Positions 52,606 to 62,796 of a stretch of 64,000 nt of DNA are shown here, piece after piece. Position 1 is the first letter of the stretch. Each line of letters opens with the position of its first letter. The stretch is taken from NCBI RefSeq assembly GCF_964204645.1, contig NC_134031.1, forward strand, positions 9,672,001-9,736,000, read 5' to 3'. This DNA is from Tubulanus polymorphus. Taxonomy: Eukaryota; Animalia; Nemertea. The position numbers and the translations under genes were made by a program. Under the pieces are notes generated by a model. That model made no database searches. It saw only the letters and a list, made by a program, of their open reading frames with translations, and was not told the origin of the DNA.

Positions 52606-53991
52606 TTAAAATTTAAAATATAATATTCCTCCGATTACAATTCCTATACAAGTTATAGCTAATTTAGTATTTTCATGGGATTTATTATCATCATTTAGTT
52701 TAATTATTTCATGTTGAATAATATCAGTTTTAATATCTTCTGATGTATTATAATCCGGTTTAGAATCATTATGCAATTTAATATTTTTAGTTTTAGTTTC
52801 TGTTGATTGAATGTGTTTTTTATTTTTTTCACCTTCCATTAATTTTGGAGCAGTAATTATCTTTTTATTTATATCATTCAATCCAAATGAATTATTTATT
52901 GTTGCAGTTTTAATTAGATTATTATAACCAATTATGTTTCCCATCTTTAATACTAAATCATTAGAAATAATTAATAGATTAGGGCCTATACAATAATTTA
53001 GTCTTACATGTGATTTATCTAAATAATTTTGATATCTTACAATGTTTTCTGGAATCGATCTATTTTTATCATTATGAATGGAATCTTCAAATAAAACTTT
53101 AAATTGTTTCTGTGTATCAAATGATGTATTTAAATTTCCAATTATTGGGGATCTTGTTTCAACTTGCGCGCCTAAAATACATATCAAATAAGTTCTAATA
53201 GATTGATTTATTCTTTGTATACCTGATTTTGTAAAACCTTCATTATTTTCTAAAATGAAATAAACCCAACCATTATTGTTTTCTTGTTTTAGATTATCAT
53301 AAAATGTCGGTAATTTATTGAAATCTAATGTTTCTAAATCCTTAGTTTCAATTTTACCATAACCTAATTTATTACTATAGATATTATACAAACTATTAGA
53401 TGGTATGGGAAGTGCACAATATTCTGCAATCTTTTTAGGGCAAGGAAGTGATCTTATTGTTCCAATTTTTGTTCTAAAATCAGAATTATTTATATCTATA
53501 TTAAATTCATTACAAATTTTATAAAATTTTGATAAATTAATATTATTATCTAATTCTTTAAAATATCTAGATCCTGGTAAAGCGCACTCTAATTCATCTA
53601 ATATTATTCTGATTTGAAAGTATGTATGAAATCTAAATAAACTTTGAATTAATTTATATTTAGAATTATTCAAATGATCATTCCAACTAATTCCACAACC
53701 TGTTGTTGCACAATAAACAGCAAAATTTAATTGGTTCTGCCAATACTTCATATTAGATTTTAATAACCATCGTTTTTCATCTTTCAAATTTTTAAAATTA
53801 ATTAAATAGACATGAAATATATTTTCCATCTTTGCATTAAAATTATTAGTTTCAGTAACATAAATTTCTAAATTAGTTAATGAATCTAAAACTTCATTTC
53901 TATATGTAATATCTTTATTAAAATCTATTGCTGGAATATTATATTTAATTGATTTATTATATTGGAAAGCTTTTGGAAAACTATCTACCAT
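52606..53991 (-). CDS. 461-aa element protein with C-terminal membrane anchor, function unknown
   Basis: Intact ORF; WQNQLNFAVYCATTGCGIS; terminal hydrophobic helix. Confidence 0.75.
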   Translation of the reverse strand: MVDSFPKAFQYNKSIKYNIPAIDFNKDITYRNEVLDSLTNLEIYVTETNNFNAKMENIFHVYLINFKNLKDEKRWLLKSNMKYWQNQLNFAVYCATTGCGISWNDHLNNSKYKLIQSLFRFHTYFQIRIILDELECALPGSRYFKELDNNINLSKFYKICNEFNIDINNSDFRTKIGTIRSLPCPKKIAEYCALPIPSNSLYNIYSNKLGYGKIETKDLETLDFNKLPTFYDNLKQENNNGWVYFILENNEGFTKSGIQRINQSIRTYLICILGAQVETRSPIIGNLNTSFDTQKQFKVLFEDSIHNDKNRSIPENIVRYQNYLDKSHVRLNYCIGPNLLIISNDLVLKMGNIIGYNNLIKTATINNSFGLNDINKKIITAPKLMEGEKNKKHIQSTETKTKNIKLHNDSKPDYNTSEDIKTDIIQHEIIKLNDDNKSHENTKLAITCIGIVIGGILYFKF

Positions 53992-54007
53992 TTATATAAT
54001 TAAAAAA

Positions 54008-54442
54008 TTAATAATTCATTAATTCTTTTAATAATTTATCTTGTTCTCCAACTGTTATATGGCCATTTAAACTTATTATATAATCTAGTGTATTCTTTAA
54101 TTTATTAATTTCTTTTATATTAGTTTTAATTTTTTCTTTATTACTTTTAATATTTAATTTTGAACTTATACCAGTTAAAACACTTGAACTTAATCCTAAT
54201 ACACCAATTGAAATAGCTAAAGGTGTTAATGGGCTGAATATTGCTAAAAATGTTATTACAGAACTAATTGTAACCGAACCACTTATATTCAAATAATATA
54301 TAATTTTACTTTTTAAATATTTTTTCTTTTTTATCTTTAAGTCACTTTCAAATTCTAATATTTGTTTTTCTAAATATATTTTTAATTTAGTTTTATTTAT
54401 ATCATGAGGAATAATATCAATACTATCAACTTTATCTTCCAT
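54008..54442 (-). CDS. 144-aa two-TM coiled-coil protein
   Basis: Intact ORF, TAAATG start, two central hydrophobic segments. Confidence 0.7.
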   Translation of the reverse strand: MEDKVDSIDIIPHDINKTKLKIYLEKQILEFESDLKIKKKKYLKSKIIYYLNISGSVTISSVITFLAIFSPLTPLAISIGVLGLSSSVLTGISSKLNIKSNKEKIKTNIKEINKLKNTLDYIISLNGHITVGEQDKLLKELMNY

Positions 54443-54461
54443 TTATTTAGAAAAAAAATTA

Positions 54462-54884
54462 CTAATTAGTAAATTTATATGATACAAATATAACAATAAC
54501 AGTTCCACCTAAAATCCAAATTATTTCATATTTCTGTTGTTCTTTACTTGGGGTATAATAATCTGATAATTTAGGTTTGTATAGATGTAATTTTTCTTTA
54601 TTTGTTACCGCGTTATATAAACTCATTGCATCATCGACTGATTGAAAATCTCTATGTGAAATCTTCTGATCATATAATTCCTTGTTAATATAATCCATAT
54701 AGTTTTGTCTCTTTTCTCTATATTCTTCTGCTGCCTTATTATATTTCTCTAATGCTAAGTTATGTCTTCTTTGTTCTCCTAATGAACTATTTTTATCAAT
54801 ACGCTTAAATAAATAACCACCACCAGTAAATGCCAAAGCGTTAACAATTGCCGATCCTATAATAGTTATAATTGCAGAAGCCAT
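54462..54884 (-). CDS. 140-aa protein with N- and C-terminal hydrophobic segments
   Basis: Intact ORF; IVNALAFTGGGYLF...EQRRHNLALEK. Confidence 0.7.
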   Translation of the reverse strand: MASAIITIIGSAIVNALAFTGGGYLFKRIDKNSSLGEQRRHNLALEKYNKAAEEYREKRQNYMDYINKELYDQKISHRDFQSVDDAMSLYNAVTNKEKLHLYKPKLSDYYTPSKEQQKYEIIWILGGTVIVIFVSYKFTN

Positions 54885-54908
54885 TTATTTAGTAAAATAA
54901 TTATGTAC

Positions 54909-55130
54909 TTATATGGGAGGAATATATTTTTGTTTTTCCAAATAATCAATAGTTAAATTAGATAAAGTAACTGCTAATGTTAATTTAAAAATATCATTTA
55001 TTTCAAATCTATCAACATTATCACTTCCCATTTTAAAAACTTTTTTTAATACCATTGAATAACCAACAGTTCCAACTGATAGTAATGCTCCATTATATAA
55101 TCCAGTTATTATCCACTTATTATCACTCAT
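54909..55130 (-). CDS. 73-aa hydrophobic protein
   Basis: TAAATG start in which TAA is the stop of the upstream ORF. Confidence 0.65.
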   Translation of the reverse strand: MSDNKWIITGLYNGALLSVGTVGYSMVLKKVFKMGSDNVDRFEINDIFKLTLAVTLSNLTIDYLEKQKYIPPI

Positions 55131-55487
55131 TTATTTATCAAAAAAATTACTATCTTCAAAATATTTAGTTAACTTAGTGATGATTAATTCAACATTTATT
55201 TCATTACTAGTTTCATTTGTACATATTTCAATTATTATTTTTTTAATATCATCGATGATAAAATCGTCATCTAATTCATAAAATCTTAAAGATTCTCTAA
55301 TTAAATTAGTAATCTTTTCTACATTAAAAGTTTCTTTATCTATTGTTTTTTCATACTCAAATGTTGTTTCATTAGAAAATGCAATATTTCTAATATGTGT
55401 AATTACATCATTAATGTTAAACTTCATTTCTTTCTCACGTTTAAAATCAAACCCAAAACATATACTCGGTCCAACAGTTATATTCAT
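55131..55487 (-). CDS. 118-aa hypothetical protein
   Basis: Intact ORF in the tightly packed gene row, TAAATG start. Confidence 0.6.
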   Translation of the reverse strand: MNITVGPSICFGFDFKREKEMKFNINDVITHIRNIAFSNETTFEYEKTIDKETFNVEKITNLIRESLRFYELDDDFIIDDIKKIIIEICTNETSNEINVELIITKLTKYFEDSNFFDK

Positions 55488-55503
55488 TTATATAGTGAAA
55501 AAA

Positions 55504-56260
55504 TTACTCTTTACATCTTATAACTAATTCATAAATTACAGGAAAGTTATTCAAATCAATTAAATAACCATTATGATTTCTTATTTCTAATTTAAAATTA
55601 TTGAAATGTGGAATACAAGGTTTGAAATCACATTCAGTTAAATTATAATTTATTTGAGTTCCAAATTGTTTGACATTTTTTAATGGTAAAATATCTAATA
55701 AACCAGAATTACAAATTGTATCTTTAGTTGCTTCGAATGTTTTTGTTGGGTCAATCAAATTGCAATAAATATAAAAATGTGTAAAAGGTATTAAGTTTGA
55801 GCTACCTTCTGCGTATGCTGTAACAATATCTGGGTTAATTCCTAACAGTTTAGCTAAAGGTTTTCTTACTGTAAATTTAAATTGTTCGTTATTATCTAAC
55901 CTAATCTTTATTTTATTAGAACTATCACTTTTTAAAATTCTAATACTAAATCCGGAATCACTTCCTAATTTAGCTCGAGCTTTTCTATTAATTTCTTGTG
56001 CTAATGTATTTAAATTATATAATCCTGGTTTTAAATATATAAAAAACCATTCATTCCTTTTTTGTAAAAGATTGAAAAATTAAATGTTCTAGACTTTTAT
56101 TCGATATATTGTAAAATGAGTAACATAAACTTATATTAACTAATTTTAAATCAACACAATTCTTGAATTCTCTGTCTAATTGTACTAGCAAATTATGTGA
56201 TTTATAATTTGTAAGTTTTCTAGAATCTACAAATATTCTGTATTCTTTTAATTCTACCAT
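55504..56260 (-). CDS. Putative minor capsid (penton, single jelly-roll) protein, one frameshift near 56060
   Basis: IFVDSR...KLVNISL...FYNIS...LKPGLYN...FYIYCNLI...IRNHNGYLIDLNNFPVIYELVI. Removing one A from an A-run restores a frame of about 250 aa. Confidence 0.7.
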
Positions 56261-56328
56261 TATTTATAACATAAAAAAATTACCGCTCATCACTAAAAAT
56301 TAATTTTAATAAAATTTTTCCTTAATAA

Positions 56329-57646
56329 ATGGATGAGAAGATAGCATGTGAAATTTGTGGTGAACTTATCAGGAAAAGTAATATGGCTCGACATATGAAA
56401 AAACATGAGGAAAATTATAAACCCCCTAAAATAAACTGCCCAAAATGTAATAAATTGTTCTCAAGAAATTATGTCAAAAAACATTCAGAGAAGTGTAAAA
56501 TTAATGGCGCAACGGCTAATGTTGATAGAAATGAAAGTAATAGTAATTCTATTGAAGTTGAACCTGAAATTATTTGGAAAAGACCTTTTTTTATTCTATG
56601 ACAAGGATAATATAAAAGATCATTTCTGCGAGCCTTGTCGAATAAAATATAACCCTGAAAATATAGACGATTGGGAGAATCATCAATTTCGTAAAGCACA
56701 TATAGATAAAATTTCTAATAAATTTGAAACTGAATTCAATGAAAGAAAAAATAATATATTAGAAAAAATAAAATATGAGAAAACGTTACCAGATAATAAA
56801 GAAACAGTTGAAAAGTTAGAAAAACAATATAATGAATTAACAAGAAAAACATATTATTGTAAATATTGTAAATTGATTATTACAACAAGTAATTCAAATC
56901 TACATAATAGAACAATAAAACATAAAGAAAACGTAAGAAAATACCAGACACTTAATGAAGATCTATTACCAATAAATTATAAACGAAAATGTCCACAATG
57001 TAGTTATGCGACCTTAAGACAAGAAGGTAATGTGTTATTTTGTAATGAATGTGGATGGCAAAAGCATTTATGGAGTGAAGAAAAAACTAGAAGTTTTCTC
57101 ATAGAACCAAAATTAAATTATCTAGATGAAATTTTTAAAATATTTTCTGTAGAAGATCATACACCAGAATATATGCAATGGCTTGAAAAAATGAAAATAA
57201 TAGAAAATAAAAATGGTGAAATAACTAAAAAAGATATTATAAAAACAATTATTCCATCAACATTTAACACAAAAGAAAAGAAAATGTATTTATATTTATT
57301 ATTTAATGATTATTATGAAAAACCTAAATTAACAGAAGAAGATATGTAAAATATAAAAAAAACATTCAAACAAATATTAATGTATCATTTGGAAAATAGA
57401 ATAACAGATTCAATAAATTATGAATTCTTTTTAAATAAGATTGTAAATTATTTAAACATAGATATTATAATTCCATTTGATGAATTAACAAACAAAAAGA
57501 AACAAAGAGAGCGAGATGAAATGTGGAACAAGTTAGAACTTTATTTAAATGAGAAAAATGGAATGGAAGAAGAACCTGAACAATTAAATGAAAATGAAGA
57601 AGCCAATAGTGATTTCGATTATGATGATATTGATTTTATGTTTTAA
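56329..57646 (+). pseudogene. Multi-zinc-finger protein with VLTF3 (poxvirus A2-like late transcription factor)-like C-terminus
   Basis: Three ORFs joined by one frameshift (about 56585) and one in-frame TAA (57347). Zinc ribbon CPQC...CNECG, then INYEFFLNKI...KKQRERDEMWNKL. Confidence 0.55.
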
Positions 57647-60600
57647 TAACCATAAGGTAATGTTTTTATACCATCATCTAAAATATGCCTTTTATCATCA
57701 AATGGATTTAAACTAGTTTTTTCAACTTCATTAATGTACATCTCATGATCTTCTGATCTTAAACAATTCATCTTGTGTTTCATTACAATTGAGTTATATA
57801 AACACTTCATATAATCTTGAAATTCTATATGTTTATCAACCACATGTTTTGTTATTCCTTTTAACTTTTTAGCTTCATGATCTTTTGTTCTGTAACTATA
57901 CATTTTACTTCTTATCCCAACAAATTCAATCATTTCATCACCCCTAATTCATCTTTAAACTTACCAGGAATCTTTTTATTATCATTGCTAAATAGTTCAT
58001 GATCTTTGGGATAATTGCTAAAATCAAAATAATGTTTTAATGTTTTTAAGTCTTTTGTTATATCATTTGTCTTGATTTTTAGTATGTAACTGTCAGTATT
58101 GAAGCAAATTAATGGAAATCCACTGTTAAATGTACCATCTTCAGTTGATAAATCATAAACATAATCTGATGGGTTATATATTTCAAATAAATCTTTAACT
58201 TCTTCAGTTAAATCTTTTTCTGTGTGGCTTAGATTAAAGCAATTTGGTTTAGATTTAATCAATCCAATATTCATATTAAAACCTAATGAATTGCATAATA
58301 TATTCAATCCTGATATAGCAACTTTTCCTTTTTGAGCAAAGGTTATCTTTTTATCCTTTGTAAATTTTTTAGCACCATCTGCTGCATAGAATCCAATGAA
58401 GAACCATTTTCTTAAATTATTTTTTGCATTTAATACATAATCTGGAACTATCTTTTCTTTTGTTGAAGTATTACTTTTCACTCTTGCATGAATATAGAAT
58501 TCATCATTATATTTTATAGCAAAATCTTTAGGATTATTTGCAAGTATTCTATAAACTGCTGATGATTTCATATGATCCATGATTCTAAATGTTTTATGTG
58601 AATAAACTTCTTCACAGAATTTCTTTATTCTTTCTAATAATTTCAAGTCTTGATTGCATAAATACCAACAATATTTATTACCCCAAACATAATTATACAC
58701 ACCTGCTGAACCATCTCCCATGAAAAATCCTTTGATAAAATATTCTTTTTCTTCTAATGTTTCGGGTTCTATATTATAAATATTATCAATAATTTCATCA
58801 AATGACATATGATTCATTCTTTGGAAAAATCTTTTATGTAATAATTCATCTCCAATTTTTATATCAGTTGGTTTTATTTCATCGCCATTTCGTTTAATTA
58901 AACTATGATCTTCTGTAACATCAACGAACCCTAATTTAGTTCTAACTCTATAGATTTTCTGATTTGTTTTATGCCTAATAATATTCTTTAATTTTTTCCA
59001 TCAATTTCTTGTCCAAACATCCATTAAACCATTTATTTGGATTAATTCTTTTTCACCATATGAAATATAACATTCATTTTGTTTTGGAATTATTTCTGAA
59101 ATTCTTCTTATCAATATTTTATCATTACATTTTAATAATATTGGGGTGTCAGCTTTTACAGAATCAAAATATAATATTTCAATATGCTTTTCCCCAAAAA
59201 GTGGTTGTAAAACATTATAATAAAAATCATACATTAATAATTTTGATATTTCTAAAACAGTTGAACCTATAAATATTGGTTTATTAAATTTCATTGAAGT
59301 TCTTTTTAATTTAACTGCTGTTAAATAATCTTCAAATCTTTTATTTCCTAAATGTCTAGGGCTTGATTGTAAATGTCTTAATCTTTCAGAATTATTTACT
59401 AATTCAATATCATTTCTATTTCTAATATTTTCACATGTTTTTCCATAAAAACTATTATTCATTAATTTGAAGAAATCTTTTTCAAAATCTGTTTTTGATA
59501 TGGTTCTCTGTTGAGTATTGAAATCTATATATTTTTCTAACCACTTCGATTGATTAAATTCAATATATCTATGTACTTTCTTTAATTTCATTCCTTGTTT
59601 TAGATAAAATTTTAACATTCTATAATGAACAATATAATTGTATTTATTATTTTGTGTAAGTAACAATTTTTCTGTAAAAACATGATCTTTCGGTTTTATT
59701 TTCTTCTGGTATTCACTTAAATAACTATCATCTACAGTTAAATGTTCTGGGCAATAAGGTAAGTTTCTTGTTTTAAACTTTATATTTTCAGGATATTCTA
59801 AATCAACTACAAAGAAATAACCAATTGGTGCTTCATCTTCTAAACTCATAATTGCGCTTTCCCAATTAGTTTTATCATCATTTTCAACTTCTGTTAATAT
59901 ACAATTTTTGTATGGTTGAGGTTGCATCATTGCCCAACCATATAAATTATTGGCGTCAATATATAATAATTTATATTCATCATTTGCTTTAAAATATCTA
60001 TCTCCCATAACACCACTAATTCCACCTCTAATTGATTTTTCAAATAATAAAACCATGTCTGGTTCTTTTAATAAATCTAATTCTACATTTGTGTATTTTA
60101 AACCACATTGCCAGGTTAAACCAGGACTAGAGTAGCAATAACAAGGATCAACATTAAAATGATTCAAATTAACTTCTCTAAATTTTTCAAATATGTCAGC
60201 CAATATCATAACATCTGATTTTAAATATAAATCAACTAATTCACCATGATTTTTCATCTTAAAATGGTTCCAAATATTTAATGTTCTATTAAACACTTCG
60301 TCTTTCACATACTCCTCTTTTAATTGATCATAAAATTGATCTTTTAATAATTCTGTTACATTAAAATCATTGTGTGTTTTATAAAATGAATAGGGAATTG
60401 CACCTTTATATCTCAATAATTTAAAATCTTGTTCATTTGGATAATAATATCGAGTTATAACAAAATCATTATCAACTAAACTTTTTGATAAATTATCCAA
60501 TGAACTTGCTAGAAATCTATAAGAATCTAAAAATCTAATGCAACCTAATTGAAATGAAATATAATTTTCAGATGTTTTAGCTAATAGTTTAAAATCATAT

Positions 60601-62711
60601 TTTCTTACATTTACACCATTCATAGCATTATATTCTTCTATTTCTTGATTAATTGCACCCAACTTTCCCGATAATTGTTTTATAAATAGATGGGTATCAT
60701 AGCCTGATAAATTATGAAATAATATTGGTACGAAATTAACTTTCTTAGCTTCTAAATTGCAATCTTCATGAGCAGCTCCACGATATTTTGAATTTAAATG
60801 ATCATGATCTCTAACTTTTTTATCAAATGAATAAAAACGTTTTTCACAATAACAACAATGAGTTGCATAATTAAAATCAATTTCATCTTCTTTTGTCATA
60901 ACTATTCTTCTATTTTTGTTTAATAATTTCGCAAAATCACTTTCTAATTCAATCATTTTGTCACAAAAATCATTAACTACATTTTCACCTCTAAAAGAAA
61001 TATATTGACTTTCATATAATTCAGGATAATTTGATTTTATATAAATTCCATAAGCAGCAGCTCTTTGATGAACTTTTTTAATTGTATTTATAATTGGTGG
61101 GTCTTGTGTTGTGTCTTCATTTAATTCATTTCCTTTATCCATTGATTTTAATAATTGCTTTTTGTTATATATTTCTTTTCTATCTTGATCAGTTAATTCT
61201 TTATTCAACGATTCAAAATCCCCATGAATTACAAATGGAACAATATTCTTAAATTTATGATTAGTAAATTTCAATTTATAATCTTTTTCTGTTGGCATTA
61301 TTAATTTACAAAAATCTTTATTATCACATAATTCTTTATGTTTTAATAATGTATTCTCAGTCATAAATTTAGATAAACATTTTCTACATAGATAAATTTT
61401 ACGATGATGATCACTTTCTGTTCTAATGAATAAATCAATTTGTTTTAACCACATATAATGTTCATTTTCATCTTTTTTGTAATATAACAAATCTATAGCA
61501 TTTTCATCATCATACTATTCTGTTAAATATAAAGCTTCCAATGTATAATCTTTAATATTTTCACCTTTTGTCTTTGGTAATTGCATTAATTCGAATACAT
61601 TTATTTTTAAATTATCAACTTTTTCTATTTTAGGAATCATTTTTATAGTTACTGGATATTGATCAATTTTATATAATGTTTCATATTTCCGGTAATATGT
61701 TATTCTAAAACTATGTGTAATATCTTCTGTTGGGTGTAAGCAACTAATAATTGCCCACAGAAAACATTTATTATCTTCATTTTGAACATTTATTACTGCT
61801 TTTGTTGTAAATGGTAATTTAATATAAGATGATGCTTTAATATCCTTTTCTGTTGTAAAGTTTGAATCATTTTTATACATTTTATTATCTTTTTGATGTT
61901 TTATTTCTTTTTGTATTATAAACATTTAAATCTAAATATATAATTTCATTCAATGTTAAGCCAGAACCCTCAAAATATCTTTCTTCAATATGACGTTTAA
62001 ATTCATTAAATATTTTTTCTAACTTCTCTTTTATTTGTGTTTTTGAAATTATTTCTTCAGAGTGTGTTTGAATATTATAATTCATTTTTTTTCTGACTTT
62101 ATAAAACTTACTTTCCCAGAGATACTAATTTTTGGATATTCAACATCTGTTATCAAATCTAGTATTTTTTCTATTATTTCATTAAATGTACTATAATCTT
62201 CTATTGTTGTACCTTTAAAAAATCTAAATATAATAGCTGCAGGACCAATTTTACTATGTAATGTTTCTAAAATTTCAATTGCATCTTTTATTTCTAGTGA
62301 ATCAATATAATTTCTAACATTTTCCATGTAAGGTTTATTTGAAATGGATTTAGTTTTTGAAGTTGGTTTTTTTACTTTTTGAGGTTTATCATCAAAATAA
62401 TCTTTTCCTAAAACATTATTACTCAAATTTTGGTGGTATTTTTGTGATTCGAGATGTCTATTATAATTCCTTTTTACTATAAATTCATTACAAACTTCAC
62501 ATTTTATTTCATCCACATTCATATTTTCTAATCTTTCTTTTCTTTCATTGGAATTTTCTGGAGTTTCAAAATCTATTACATTTTTTATATGATTTGCAGT
62601 TTTTTCATGTCGTGTTTTATGAGATGTATCGATGTATTTTTTACAATATTGACAATAATATTGATTTTTATTAACATTATTGTTTTCTGGTTGGTGTTCA
62701 TTCTCCCCCAT
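57643..62711 (-). pseudogene. polB: Protein-primed family B DNA polymerase, intein-containing, with five lesions
   Basis: OTU-like NEDNKCFLW, ExoI GDFES, EndoVII-like DHDHL...RGAAH..CN, HNLSGYD, FLDS, SIRGG, DANNLYGWAM, KLMNNSFYGKT, YFD/TDS, GKFKDE, EFVGIRSKMY. Frameshifts at about 62085, 61900 and 57942; stops at 61515 and 59001. Confidence 0.95.
58098..59162 (-). mobile_element. Intein with LAGLIDADG homing endonuclease in pPolB motif C (355 codons, one internal TGA)
   Basis: YFD|SVKADTPILL (block A), VTEDHSL (block B), FIKGFFMGDG and FIGFYAADG (endonuclease blocks C and E), YVYDLSTEDGTF (block F), LICFN|TDS (block G). Confidence 0.92.
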
Positions 62712-62796
62712 TTATTAGGAAAATAAATTACTTGTGGTGATGAGTGGTGTCTCGCCCTCTCGCCCTCTGGTATGAAACCCACATCTTCCAATTACT

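Larger units (their letters stand above)
42564..62796. mobile_element. Near-complete Polinton/Maverick-like endogenous virus (main copy; left boundary uncertain, gene core 44830-62711)
   Basis: Clustered intronless integrase, ATPase, capsid and pPolB genes in very AT-rich DNA. Terminus-like sequences at 42564-42715 and, on the minus strand, at 62796 (AGTAATTGGAAG...TTTCATACCAGAGGGCGAG). Flanks do not form a matching TSD. Confidence 0.85.

Noticed and set aside
57930-58817. Free-standing LAGLIDADG gene, group I intron or split intein
   Set aside because: In frame with both polymerase halves and bounded by intein blocks; the break falls before block B and has no separate start context.
59001-59003. 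Alternative genetic code or programmed read-through in the element
   Set aside because: The premature stops are of all three types (TGA, TAG, TAA), each occurs once, and Trp is encoded by TGG; simple mutation explains them.
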